Of a DNA stretch of 46,555 bases, positions 16,510 through 26,027 are shown one piece after another. The notes beneath the pieces were generated by a model. That model did not search any database. It had not been told where the DNA came from and was given only the letters and a program-made list of their open reading frames with translations. Source of the DNA: a virus (Duplodnaviria > Caudoviricetes); the IMG/VR virus record IMGVR_UViG_3300037424_000750, positions 1 through 46,555 of that record, one strand, 5' to 3'. Made by a program: the position numbers and the translations under genes. Numbering within the stretch: the first letter of the stretch is position 1; each line of letters starts with the position of its first letter.

Positions 16510-16575
16510 AACACGCATACACGGACTCACTCTCCCCCCGCCACCACGGCGCACAGACAGAGGAAGGATAAGAGG

Positions 16576-16971
16576 ATGGCGGTTGCGACCAAGGAATTTC
16601 ACACGGCTGACGTTCTTTCCACGATCACTGGTATGCTCATGGGTGAGATTGGCGGCGTGTACGCCGTCCTCAACTGGATGACCGGCGAGGACGTTTTCAC
16701 GCATCAGATACCGCGCATCAGTCGCGAAGCTGTTCCCGTAATCGTTGCCGCCCACCCTCAGCTTCAACAAGCCATCGACGAAGCCGAACAAGTCACGCCA
16801 GAAAACTACAAGGAATGGCGGCAGACCTGGGAGGATCGCTACGGCCCCATCATCGCCGTTCCGAAATTCACATCCGCGACGCACGAGCGCATCGATCCGA
16901 TGTCGGAGCTGTCGGAGAAGATTCACCCCGACAAAATCATCGTCTTCGAAACGCCAGCGAAGCAACGCTGA
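16576..16971 (+). CDS. Hypothetical phage protein
   Basis: GAGG RBS, 131-aa ORF. Confidence 0.7.
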   Translation: MAVATKEFHTADVLSTITGMLMGEIGGVYAVLNWMTGEDVFTHQIPRISREAVPVIVAAHPQLQQAIDEAEQVTPENYKEWRQTWEDRYGPIIAVPKFTSATHERIDPMSELSEKIHPDKIIVFETPAKQR

Positions 16972-16972
16972 C

Positions 16973-17344
16973 ATGCCCCCCGACAAACTCACCCTTGCGA
17001 GTAACACAGCCGGCGAACATGAGCCGCAGCCTAGCCCGGATGTAAGGATAGTCGCAGCCGAGCGCATCAAGCCTTACGCCATCATGGCGCCGCTGGTTCT
17101 TAAAGCGCTGCCGGAATGCGGATCTCCGCCAATGGGTGCTGTCGAGATCGCCGACGCTATCGTTTACGGCTCACGAAGCACGGTTCGGATGTTGCTGGCC
17201 AATATGGTCAGACTCGGACTGGCAATCGCAGAGGAAGTGCCGGCGCGCCGCGGCGGATTTAAGAAAGTCTACACGCGCGGCCCGGCATTGGTGCCGGATA
17301 ATTTTGAAAGCGCAAAGCTTGTCTATGGGGATGGGGAAACGTGA
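16973..17344 (+). CDS. Putative winged-HTH protein
   Basis: MGAVEIADAIVYGSRSTVRMLLANMVRLGL...KKVY. Confidence 0.5.
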   Translation: MPPDKLTLASNTAGEHEPQPSPDVRIVAAERIKPYAIMAPLVLKALPECGSPPMGAVEIADAIVYGSRSTVRMLLANMVRLGLAIAEEVPARRGGFKKVYTRGPALVPDNFESAKLVYGDGET

Positions 17345-17586
17345 TGGCCTATTTCGGTCGGCAGAATTGCCAGCATCTCGACAACTGGAACCACTGCAAG
17401 GTTCACGCCATGCCATGGTGGATTCGCTGGCTTCATCCGAAGGGCCGCCCGCCCTGCATTCTCGACCTGCAACGCGATTTTCTATTGCAGGATGAAGTCC
17501 CCGGCTGCCCCGATCAAAAACCATATCCGCGACCTTCCGCGCCGAAAAGCGGCAGCGGTGTCATGCCGCCAGCAAAGAACGATTGA
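17341..17586 (+). CDS. Hypothetical protein
   Basis: GTGA-coupled ORF. Confidence 0.5.
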   Translation: MMAYFGRQNCQHLDNWNHCKVHAMPWWIRWLHPKGRPPCILDLQRDFLLQDEVPGCPDQKPYPRPSAPKSGSGVMPPAKND

Positions 17587-17588
17587 CA

Positions 17589-17738
17589 ATGAACGCCTAC
17601 TTCCTCATCGCCACTCTGATCCTCCAAGCCTGCGGCATGATCGCCTATGGCATTCAAGGAAAGTATGCGGTCGCTGTGATTTGTGCGGCCGGAGTGCTGG
17701 CGCAGATCGGTTCGTTGATGATGGCGAGGGCGGCGTAA
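17589..17738 (+). CDS. Small two-helix membrane protein (49 aa, not in ORF track)
   Basis: MNAYFLIATLILQACGMIAYG...; its stop overlaps the methyltransferase ATG (TAATG). Confidence 0.55.
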   Translation: MNAYFLIATLILQACGMIAYGIQGKYAVAVICAAGVLAQIGSLMMARAA

Positions 17739-19612
17739 TGGCCAAGAAGATGTTGGTCGCGGACTTGCTTTGCGGTGCCGGCGGATCGTCGACCGGCTGT
17801 GCCCGCGCGCTGGCCGAGCTCGGGCTCAAGATGGAATTGGTTTGCGTCAACCACTGGCCGGTCGCGCTCGACACCCATTCCAAAAATCACCCCGAAGCCC
17901 GCCACTACTGCCAGGACATTGCGACCGTCCGGCCGCACCTGATCGTGCCCGAGGGCTATCTTGATCTATTGATGGCCTCCCCGACGTGCACGCATCACAG
18001 CGTGGCGCGCGGCGGCAAGCCGACCAGCGACCAGCAGCGCAGCGACCCGTGGCACATCGTGACATGGCTGACCGAATTGCGCGTCAAGCGCATGATCATC
18101 GAAAACGTCTGGGAGTTTACCGGGTGGGGTCCGGTCGACGCCCGTACCGGCAGGCCGATCCAGTCGCGCAAGGGCGAATATTTCCGCGCGTGGATCGATA
18201 CGATTCGCCGGCTCGGCTATGACCCGGAATGGCGCAAGTTGAACGCCGCCGACTTCGGCGACGCCACGACGCGCCAGCGGTTTATCCTGATGGCCCGCAG
18301 CGACAAGCGCAGCGTGTCGTGGCCTATCCCGACGCACCGTAAAAAGATCGCCGACGAACTGTTGCTGTTCCCCAGCATGAAACCATGGCGTCCGGCGCGC
18401 GACATCATCGACTGGAACATCAAGGGCAATTCGATCTTCAACCGCAAGAAACCGCTGGCCCCCAAGACGCTGGCGCGCATCATGGTCGGCGCGGTCAAGT
18501 TCGGGTGGCCAGAGCCGTTCCTTGTCATTCTGCGGAATCATATGGCCGGGCAGAGTGTCGACGGCCCGGTGCCGACCATCGCGGCGAACGGCAATCATAT
18601 CGGGCTGGCACAGCCGGTTATCATCGCGACGGCGCATGGCAACGAAGCACACGAACGCGACCCAAATAACCGTCGCGTCAAAAGCCCAGACGAACCATTA
18701 GGCGCAATCCACGCCAGCGGCGGCAATTTCGCCGTCGCCGAACCGATCATCGTCAACGGCCGCAAGGGCAACAAAGCCAAGGGCGTGTCTATCGATCCGG
18801 TGCCGACCCTAGACACCAAAGGCGGTGTCTGGCTTGCCGAGCCGTTTATGCTGTCGACACAAAACAGCGGAGCGCCGCGCTCGGCCGAGGAACCGTTGTC
18901 GACCATCACCACGGGCGGCGCGGGCGTCGAGAAGCGGCAGGGCTGCGCCAGGCCAATGCTGGTCGAGCCATTCATCCTCAATCGTCATGGCGAAGGCTAC
19001 GGCGAGACGCGGGCACACTCCCTCGAGGAACCGACGCCGACGGCGAATTGCCGTGGTGCCGGCTACCTGATCGAGCCGTTCGTCCTGTCGCGCCAGGGCG
19101 AAGGCGCACCGCGATCGATTGAAGAGCCGACGCCATCGCAAGTCGCCAAACATTCGCATGTCCTAATCTCGCCCTACTACGGCACTGGATCTGGCGAGAC
19201 GTGCAACAGCGCCGAAGAACCGCTGCCAACCGTCACCAGCAAGGCCCGCTTCGGCATGGTCGTTCCGATCACGCATGCGGACGGCAGCAACCGAGCGCGC
19301 AACGCCGATACCGATCCGCTGCCGACGCTGACGACGGCGAACCGTGGCGAGCAAGCCTTGATCGAAGGCACCGCCACCTATGACATTTTATTCCGCATGC
19401 TTGAGCCACACGAACTCGCAGCCGCGATGGGCTTCGATAGTGAGGAAGCCACCTACGAATTCGCCGGCACGAAGACCGAAAAGATAAAGCAGATCGGCAA
19501 CGCCGTTTCAGTATCGAAGATGAAGGCTTGCGTCGGCGCGCTGATGGCGGACGCAGCACCGAAGCGGAAGCCGGTCGAAGCGCCGGCAGCGGAAAAGGCG
19601 GCCAGCGCATGA
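17738..19612 (+). CDS. C5 DNA cytosine methyltransferase with repeat-expanded variable region
   Basis: DLLCGAGG (motif I), SPTC (IV), ENV (VI), TTRQR (VIII), QIGNAV (X). Repeated EP...S.EEPL.T.T units. Confidence 0.9.
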   Translation: MAKKMLVADLLCGAGGSSTGCARALAELGLKMELVCVNHWPVALDTHSKNHPEARHYCQDIATVRPHLIVPEGYLDLLMASPTCTHHSVARGGKPTSDQQRSDPWHIVTWLTELRVKRMIIENVWEFTGWGPVDARTGRPIQSRKGEYFRAWIDTIRRLGYDPEWRKLNAADFGDATTRQRFILMARSDKRSVSWPIPTHRKKIADELLLFPSMKPWRPARDIIDWNIKGNSIFNRKKPLAPKTLARIMVGAVKFGWPEPFLVILRNHMAGQSVDGPVPTIAANGNHIGLAQPVIIATAHGNEAHERDPNNRRVKSPDEPLGAIHASGGNFAVAEPIIVNGRKGNKAKGVSIDPVPTLDTKGGVWLAEPFMLSTQNSGAPRSAEEPLSTITTGGAGVEKRQGCARPMLVEPFILNRHGEGYGETRAHSLEEPTPTANCRGAGYLIEPFVLSRQGEGAPRSIEEPTPSQVAKHSHVLISPYYGTGSGETCNSAEEPLPTVTSKARFGMVVPITHADGSNRARNADTDPLPTLTTANRGEQALIEGTATYDILFRMLEPHELAAAMGFDSEEATYEFAGTKTEKIKQIGNAVSVSKMKACVGALMADAAPKRKPVEAPAAEKAASA

Positions 19613-20004
19613 GACGTGATCGCCAGAATTTTCCGAAGTCAGTCCAGCGCGAAGCCCTCGCCCGCAGCGGTCGACACTGTGAAAGCGCGCTCGTTCCGTC
19701 GCTTGAGGATATCGGCTGCAACCGCGCCTTGCGGATCGGCGATTTCAATTACGACCACATACAAGCGGACGCGAACAACGGCGGCAACGACCTATCGAAC
19801 TGCGCCGTTCTCTGCAAAACATGCCACGCCATAAAAACCCGCGAACATGACGTGCCGGCAATCGCGCAGGACAAGCGTGTCGCCGATCTCGCCAACGGCA
19901 TCCGCGATCCATGGCGCCGGAAACTTCCAGGCGGACGTGACGACTGGCGAAAGAAGAAACTTGCCGGGCCTGTCGTAGTGAGAGCTACGGAGGAGAGAGC
20001 GTAG
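19609..20004 (+). CDS. HNH endonuclease
   Basis: YDHI...GGNDLSNCAVLCKTCHAIKT. Confidence 0.85.
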   Translation: MRRDRQNFPKSVQREALARSGRHCESALVPSLEDIGCNRALRIGDFNYDHIQADANNGGNDLSNCAVLCKTCHAIKTREHDVPAIAQDKRVADLANGIRDPWRRKLPGGRDDWRKKKLAGPVVVRATEERA

Positions 20005-20118
20005 GAGAGACAAATGCCGGCAGGAATCTGGATATTCATTGGCGGGTTGGGAGTCGGCTGGCTCACCGGAGCCGCGATGACTATGCAGTTAGTGGCCGGC
20101 GGTTAGGGGTGGTTAGCG

Positions 20119-20316
20119 ATGACGGAAAATGTTGAAGCGCTTAAAGACGCAATGTGGCAATTGCTCGATGACATGGGCGCGGAAGGTCAAAGCGTTTGTC
20201 TAGCAGCAAAGGCTCAAGCGCGCATTGCCTTTGAACCATTTCAAGACCCGAATGCGCCGACGCCGATGGACCTAGATTACGCCAAGAGCGTAATCGCCAA
20301 CATGTCGCTCGATTGA
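20119..20316 (+). CDS. Hypothetical protein
   Basis: ORF in the early operon. Confidence 0.55.
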   Translation: MTENVEALKDAMWQLLDDMGAEGQSVCLAAKAQARIAFEPFQDPNAPTPMDLDYAKSVIANMSLD

Positions 20317-20341
20317 GCGAATTCTAGAGGGATGACTGAAC

Positions 20342-20545
20342 ATGACAATCATGAACCCATCGCCCGCGCTCTTAGTGAAGCTCGGCTCAATCATCGTCCA
20401 CTTCGACGAGTTCAATTCGCCCGGTGGGCACGAATATGACCTTCACACGGCGCATCAGCTTATGGCCGATCCTGACGTGAAGGAATGGATGGATGAGATG
20501 AACGGCGCAGCGATGCTGCCGGTAAAAAGAAATCCGCGTTCATGA
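20342..20545 (+). CDS. Hypothetical protein
   Basis: GAGGG RBS. Confidence 0.55.
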   Translation: MTIMNPSPALLVKLGSIIVHFDEFNSPGGHEYDLHTAHQLMADPDVKEWMDEMNGAAMLPVKRNPRS

Positions 20546-20567
20546 CGCGTCAACAAAGGATGGTGCA

Positions 20568-21251
20568 ATGACCGACAAGATAAGGGAAGCGTTGGAGTGG
20601 ATCGTCGCACAGCAATATCAAGACCGCGACACGGTGACGCCTGAAAATGCCTTTGAGGCATTCGTAAAAATCAACCGCACGATCTGCGCGATCTATGACC
20701 GCGCCAGCGAAGCTCTTGCCGCCCTTGCCAGTAAACCGGGGGTGAGTTGGGCCGATAGAAAATTTTTCGAATATATTAGGCGAAACTGCCGCGACGTGCA
20801 GATCAATAACGCTTCGGTCGAGAAACTGCTTTCGATCATTGACGCCCTCTCTCGCCAGCAACCTGCGGGGGAAGCGGTAACGAGAAGCATTGACGAGTTG
20901 CAATTCGGCCGGGTCTTGCATGATAGACCCTCTGAGGCTTCCCCACAGAGCCCCGCAAACCGCAACGCTATTCGCGACGATCGCAGCGGCAAGAGCGAGG
21001 TACGACTTAGCCTTGCTGGTTTTCGGGAGGTCATCGCGACGAAAGCAAACCCGGCGCTCGAAATCTGGCGCTTGGTCGCCTCTTATATTGAGGACACCGA
21101 AGACCGGATCATCGACGCCAAATTCAAGGCGACCGAACTGGAACGGAAACTCGTCGCCCTCAATCCAGCCCCAACGCCAGTCGCGCATGGCAACCAGGAT
21201 ATACAGGGCGATGATTTGAAGCCCTCCCCCTCCCCACAGACGGAGGGATAG
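20568..21251 (+). CDS. Hypothetical (mosaic-looking) protein
   Basis: AAGGA RBS, 227-aa ORF. Confidence 0.55.
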   Translation: MTDKIREALEWIVAQQYQDRDTVTPENAFEAFVKINRTICAIYDRASEALAALASKPGVSWADRKFFEYIRRNCRDVQINNASVEKLLSIIDALSRQQPAGEAVTRSIDELQFGRVLHDRPSEASPQSPANRNAIRDDRSGKSEVRLSLAGFREVIATKANPALEIWRLVASYIEDTEDRIIDAKFKATELERKLVALNPAPTPVAHGNQDIQGDDLKPSPSPQTEG

Positions 21252-21776
21252 GTGAGCGCTCTGCCCGATATCACGACGCCCGAAGCCCTAGCCGAACTCT
21301 GCGGCTGGTCTGCAAGACGCGTGCGTAAGCTCGCCCGGGGCCTTGGCGCGTGCCACATCTTGGGCAATCGTATGATCCTGCTGCCCGAGGACATCGTCGT
21401 CATTCTGAAGGCGGCCAAACCTAACCTCAGCATTGACGATGTCAGGGATTGGCTCGCTGCAGACGCCGCGGAAATCCTACAGGAACGGGCCGCTCAGGAC
21501 TGGGTCGAGCCCAGCGGCCATGTCTACTTTGTAAAGCGTGGTGAGGAAGTAAAGATCGGCTTCACCACGGACATAACAAACAGGCTATCGAACCTCAACT
21601 CGGGTTCGTCCGTGGATCTCACGGTCCTGCTGATGGTCCCTGGCACCCCTGCCCTTGAACGATATTTCCATTCGAAATTCGCAGCCGATCGTATCGGCCG
21701 GGAGTGGTTTCGGTTGGCTGATCCGGTCCAAGAATTCATCGCGAGGCGCCGCCGAACCATGCGAGACGCCACATGA
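21252..21776 (+). CDS. Xis-like HTH fused to a GIY-YIG (T5orf172-like) domain
   Basis: TPEALAELCGWSARRVRKLAR N-terminus, then HVYFV...VKIGFT...RL...LE..FH..F.....GREWF. Confidence 0.75.
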   Translation: MSALPDITTPEALAELCGWSARRVRKLARGLGACHILGNRMILLPEDIVVILKAAKPNLSIDDVRDWLAADAAEILQERAAQDWVEPSGHVYFVKRGEEVKIGFTTDITNRLSNLNSGSSVDLTVLLMVPGTPALERYFHSKFAADRIGREWFRLADPVQEFIARRRRTMRDAT

Positions 21777-22018
21777 ACCAGCGCGTCTCGCCGATCGTCA
21801 ACATGTACATCGCGCCGCGGCGCGGTCTGGCGCGCGATGAAGCGGCCGGCTATGTCGGCGTCGGCACAACCAAGTTCGACGAGATGGTGGCCGATGGCCG
21901 GATGCCGAGGCCGGTCAAGATCGACGGCCGGGTTTTATGGGATATCCGCAAGCTGGACGCGGCGTTTGATAATCTGGTCGAGGCCACTGCCACAAACCCC
22001 CTCGATCGGCTAGATTAG
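21773..22018 (+). CDS. Excisionase / AlpA-like HTH
   Basis: GLARDEAAGYVGVGTTKFDEMVADGRMPRP...RVLWD, directly upstream of the integrase. Confidence 0.8.
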   Translation: MNQRVSPIVNMYIAPRRGLARDEAAGYVGVGTTKFDEMVADGRMPRPVKIDGRVLWDIRKLDAAFDNLVEATATNPLDRLD

Positions 22019-22022
22019 GGCG

Positions 22023-23093
22023 ATGGACCTTCCCCCAGGCATCACAACCTACAAAGATCGCCACGGCAAGACGCGGTATCGCTTCCGCCGCAAGGGTCTA
22101 GCGACCCAGGACATTCCCGGCCAGCCAGGCACCGATGAATTTGAGGCGGCCTGTTTGCGCGCCGCCGCCGGCATCACCCGCCGGGCCCGGCTGCCGACTG
22201 CCGGAACACGGACGCTGCGCGCCGCATGGATCGAGATCATCGACCACACCCCCGAATGGAAGCAACTCAAGGCCAGCAGCAAGGCGCAGCAGATCGGCGT
22301 TGCCGAACGTTTTCTCAAAAGCCGGATTAATTCCAAGGAACCGGCCACTTTTGCGACCGTACCGATCGCCAGCCTGCGGCGCGGCGACGTCAAGAAAATC
22401 ATCGCCCGATACAGCGACCGGCCACATGCTGGCGAAGCCGTGCTGCGGCTGTTGCGCAAGCTTTGCCTGGTCGCGCTCGATCTCGAATGGATCGAGAACG
22501 ATCCTACCTCTCGGGTCAAATTCCGGCCGAAACTCAAAGGTCACCGGGCATGGACCGACGAAGAGATGGCCCAGTATGAGGCCCGCTGGCCCGTGGGGAC
22601 GCGCAACCGGCTCGGCTATGCACTCGCCCTCTACACCGGGCAAAGACGCGCCGACGTGGCTGCCATGAGCGAGGCGGCCTATGCAAACGGGGCGATCGCC
22701 GTCGTCCAGGAAAAAACCGGGACGACGCTTTGGATCCCCGCGCATCCCGAACTGGTGACCGTGCTGGACGCCACCAATCGCGCCGGGCCATGGCTGATCG
22801 TCGCCGCACATGGCGGCCGGCTGACCACGGAAAGCTTTGGCAATGAGATGGCCGACGCGATCGGCCAAGCGGGCTTGCCCGACGACTGCCGGCTGCACGG
22901 TCTGCGGAAGTCGGCCGGGCGCTGCCTGGCCGAAGCCGGCTGCACCGCGCATCAGATCATGGCAATCCTCGGCCACAAGTCGCTGGCCGAAGCCCAGAAA
23001 TATACCGAGGCCGCAAGACAGAAAATGCTGGCGCAACAGGGTATGGACAACTGGTCACGGCCGAAGCTCACAATGATCAACGGCGGGAAATAG
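22023..23093 (+). CDS. int: Tyrosine integrase
   Basis: YTGQRRAD (R), QEKT (K), HGLRK (H-x-x-R), LGH, and KYT (Y). Confidence 0.95.
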   Translation: MDLPPGITTYKDRHGKTRYRFRRKGLATQDIPGQPGTDEFEAACLRAAAGITRRARLPTAGTRTLRAAWIEIIDHTPEWKQLKASSKAQQIGVAERFLKSRINSKEPATFATVPIASLRRGDVKKIIARYSDRPHAGEAVLRLLRKLCLVALDLEWIENDPTSRVKFRPKLKGHRAWTDEEMAQYEARWPVGTRNRLGYALALYTGQRRADVAAMSEAAYANGAIAVVQEKTGTTLWIPAHPELVTVLDATNRAGPWLIVAAHGGRLTTESFGNEMADAIGQAGLPDDCRLHGLRKSAGRCLAEAGCTAHQIMAILGHKSLAEAQKYTEAARQKMLAQQGMDNWSRPKLTMINGGK

Positions 23094-23110
23094 CGTGAAC
23101 ATACGGGAAG

Positions 23111-23228
23111 GTTCGCCACTAGTTCGCCATCGCAAAGTATTGATTATGTTTAATCGTTTAAATCCTGCCGGGGTCGCCAGCATTCAATTAACTCAATGTG
23201 TTAAAAACCGGTTCGATGAGGTTCGCCA
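23111..23228 (+). other. attP: core equal to a tRNA 3' end (23161-23179), flanked by arm-type repeats
   Basis: AATCCTGCCGGGGTCGCCA, with GTTCGCCA at 23111, 23122 and 23221 and AT-rich spacers. Confidence 0.75.
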
Positions 23229-23320
23229 ATGTCGGCATGGCCGGAAGCACCGAACCAGTACGGGCCGGGTCGGATGAACGGGAATGGATGAGAGCCTGTA
23301 ACATTTCGTGATTACTCCCT

Positions 23321-23370
23321 TGTCCCTTTTTGCGGGACATTTCGAATGTGTCCCTTATAATGGGACACAT
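23321..23370 (+). promoter_or_regulatory. higBA promoter/operator
   Basis: Two TGTCCC-N7-GGGACA palindromes (23321-23339 and 23349-23367); the second encloses TATAAT. Confidence 0.75.
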
Positions 23371-23384
23371 AGGGAGACGGGTAA

Positions 23385-23660
23385 ATGATCAAGACATTTA
23401 AAGACACCGAATTGCGGACTCTCTTCGAGACCGGAAAGGCCCGCCGGATCGATACCAAACTACAAAAGCGCGCCATCGGCAGACTCGAAGCTCTCAATGC
23501 GGCAACCGACCTGCGCACCCTTTATCTCCCCGGCTACGAGCTTCACAAATGGAGCGGCTTTGATACCAAGTGGTCGATTTCGGTCAGCGGCCACTGGCGC
23601 ATCACATTCGACTGGATTAATGGAGACGCTTACAATGTTGCACTTGAACAGCCACACTGA
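23385..23660 (+). CDS. higB: HigB-like toxin (RelE/ParE superfamily)
   Basis: MIKTFKDTEL..LFETG...LHK......WSISVSGHWRITF, in toxin-first order. Confidence 0.9.
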   Translation: MIKTFKDTELRTLFETGKARRIDTKLQKRAIGRLEALNAATDLRTLYLPGYELHKWSGFDTKWSISVSGHWRITFDWINGDAYNVALEQPH

Positions 23661-23700
23661 AACGGCGGGGGCGATTACCCCGTTTTCAAGGATTACCCCG

Positions 23701-24021
23701 ATGGTTTCCATTCCGGCCCGTCAACGCAAGTCGCCGCCGCTTCATCCCGGCGCAGTGCTCGCGGATATTTTCGAGGAACAGGCAATTTCGCTGCGCACCG
23801 CCGCTGGCGAAACCGGCATTTCGAAAAGTGTGCTCGATCGCGTGTTGAAAGGCCAAAGCCAGGTGACGGCATCGACCGCCGTGCTGCTCTCCACCTATCT
23901 CGGCAATCCCGATAGCGCCAAACTCTGGCTCGACATGCAGCGCGACTACGATCTCTGGCACGCGCGCGCCGATCTCGCGTCGAAGTGTAAGAAGATCACG
24001 CCGCTCAAGGTGAAGCGCTAA
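23701..24021 (+). CDS. higA: HigA-like antitoxin (XRE HTH)
   Basis: PLHPGAVL...WLDMQRDYDLW. Confidence 0.9.
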   Translation: MVSIPARQRKSPPLHPGAVLADIFEEQAISLRTAAGETGISKSVLDRVLKGQSQVTASTAVLLSTYLGNPDSAKLWLDMQRDYDLWHARADLASKCKKITPLKVKR

Positions 24022-24058
24022 CGCGACTCGCCGCCCCGTTTCCGGTTGAGAGGATGAA

Positions 24059-24268
24059 ATGAACAAAGAACAACTGGCCAAGATCATATACGACGCACTT
24101 ATCTCTCAATCTGGAGACGGCATCGGCGCGCGGTGGTCGGATGATTGTGGTTTTGGCTTTCAAGCCGCAGACAATGGACTGACTATCTTGGATGGCAATT
24201 ACGATCTTGAGGCGGTCGCCGAAAAAATATTGACGAAGCTTCCGCCGTTTCCAGTTGAGAGGATGTAA
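24059..24268 (+). CDS. Hypothetical protein flanked by a 21-bp direct repeat
   Basis: CCGTTTCC(G/A)GTTGAGAGGATG at 24036 and 24245. Confidence 0.55.
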   Translation: MNKEQLAKIIYDALISQSGDGIGARWSDDCGFGFQAADNGLTILDGNYDLEAVAEKILTKLPPFPVERM

Positions 24269-24458
24269 GAGATGAGTTCTATCCATGGAATTTAGAATGG
24301 ATGCCGATAAAGAGATGCCATCTGAGTCTTCTTCAAGGCCGGTTGTAATTATCATTGGAACCGATCTCTACATCTCAAGTCTGTCAAAGAATTAGAGAGC
24401 ATCAACGCCCCGGCCAGCAAGTCTCAAAGCCATGCGCGACTGACGTCAGCGGCACGAT

Positions 24459-24944
24459 CTACACCCCGCCATTCATCACGAAACAATAAACGTCCAATGA
24501 CGGGCCTAGAAAAATCACGACATGCCCTGTGGGGTTGCCTCTATCCCATTTCATCTTGTGCGGCGGGACCTCGATGCGCGTGCCGGGCGGGACGTGAGCG
24601 CGGCCGAGCGGAACATCGTCGCGGGTATCGGTGATGATGGCGAACACCTTGCCGTCCTTCACTTCGACCTTGTCGGCCCAATAGGCATCCGCTTCGCCGC
24701 AGCATGACATGTTCGGATTGTCAGGCTGCATCAGGCTTTTGAACCAGCTTCGGGTGATGACGTCGGAGCCTTCCCATTGTCCGACGTCGCGGGCTTTGGC
24801 CTGCACCGCGAACAACGATGCCATGACAAATCCGACGATGATCGACACAATGACGCCGGCAAAGATAGCGATGCCGACGCCGATTGTTTCTCCCGTGGTT
24901 TGAGTCGCCAGCGGGCGGGCTATCTTGGTGAAGCGCGAGGTCAT
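24459..24944 (-). CDS. Membrane-anchored/exported Cys-containing protein
   Basis: N-terminal TM segment, SCCGEADAYWAD, terminal YCF. Confidence 0.7.
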   Translation of the reverse strand: MTSRFTKIARPLATQTTGETIGVGIAIFAGVIVSIIVGFVMASLFAVQAKARDVGQWEGSDVITRSWFKSLMQPDNPNMSCCGEADAYWADKVEVKDGKVFAIITDTRDDVPLGRAHVPPGTRIEVPPHKMKWDRGNPTGHVVIFLGPSLDVYCFVMNGGV

Positions 24945-25516
24945 CACAGCCTCACATAAGCTATGACGGAACCCTTCGGGTAAACCGATTCCGCTACGCG
25001 GTTGTTGTGATTGCCGGAGATGATAATCGGGTTGCCGTTCGCGTCGAATCCACTGACGACGCCTACATGGATTCGACGCGAGCGGACAACGACAATGGCG
25101 CCGACGTGCGGGCCGGTGCGAGGTAAAGCCTTCGCCCATGATATCGCCCAATCATCAACCCCGGGCGGCGTTCCGGCGATGAACCGCATAAAGGCGCTGC
25201 ACCACAGCGTATAGCGATGCAGACCGATCTGGCGCGCGTTCTGTCCGAGATAACGTCGGGCGCTGGAAACGAGATCGCCGGAGAAAATTGACGCCTGCGC
25301 CGCCGAATGATTGCGAACCTTCCCTGCCCGCCTGGCGCGGCGCTGGGTTGGCTCAACCGTCCCCGGGCATGAATGCCGATAGGTCTGGTCGGAAGCGCAA
25401 TAGATAAGCGCCTGAGAGGCGATACGGGGTTTTTTCTGGCGTTGGGTTGCTTCCGCGGCCGAGATCGAAAGCGCGAACGCGCAAACGACCACGGCGCCGA
25501 TCTGGCGCAGCGTCAT
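24944..25516 (-). CDS. Exported CHAP/NlpC-P60-like peptidase
   Basis: Signal peptide, WCSAFM (Cys), HVGVV (His), ISGNHNNRV. Confidence 0.7.
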   Translation of the reverse strand: MTLRQIGAVVVCAFALSISAAEATQRQKKPRIASQALIYCASDQTYRHSCPGTVEPTQRRARRAGKVRNHSAAQASIFSGDLVSSARRYLGQNARQIGLHRYTLWCSAFMRFIAGTPPGVDDWAISWAKALPRTGPHVGAIVVVRSRRIHVGVVSGFDANGNPIIISGNHNNRVAESVYPKGSVIAYVRL

Positions 25517-25577
25517 GTCTTGGACTCCGGGGTTGTTGAGGGGATAGGGTCTCGATTCTTTGTGTCATGCGCCGCGG

Positions 25578-26027
25578 TTATTTTGACGGCTCCGCTAATC
25601 CTTCGACATGATCCGCAACCCGATCGCGTGCCTTCGAAAGCAGAGTAACGGCATCCGTCAGTGCCACGCTTCCGCCAGCCGCTTCGACCGCTTCCATTGC
25701 ATTCATGATTGCGAGTTCGGCCACGGTCATCCACTGCATGTCGGCGCGCGTCGGAAAGCCATCGGGACGCCTTGCTGGCCGAATGCCGCCGTCCTTTTTC
25801 CAAGCATCAAGCGCCGCGTAATAGGGATCGGCCGCGCGTTCGGCCGCCTCTTTCTCCTTCTTCCATTCCCGAAACGGGCAATATTTATGCGTGCAATGGA
25901 GTGACAACATCATTTCTGACTTGCCGCCGCTTCCCATGCCGCACTTCGGGCATTCGGTTAGCGTCCCAACATCCACGGTTTTGCAAAACTCGCGGATTCG
26001 AACGTCGTCAGCTTCGGTCCAAGACAT
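25578..26027 (-). CDS. Hypothetical protein (Zn-ribbon-like N-terminus)
   Basis: GGAG RBS, CPKC and C...YCP. Confidence 0.55.
   Translation of the reverse strand: MSWTEADDVRIREFCKTVDVGTLTECPKCGMGSGGKSEMMLSLHCTHKYCPFREWKKEKEAAERAADPYYAALDAWKKDGGIRPARRPDGFPTRADMQWMTVAELAIMNAMEAVEAAGGSVALTDAVTLLSKARDRVADHVEGLAEPSK

Noticed and set aside
23161-23179. Second complete tRNA gene
   Set aside because: Only the 3' 19 nt are present; interpreted as the att core.
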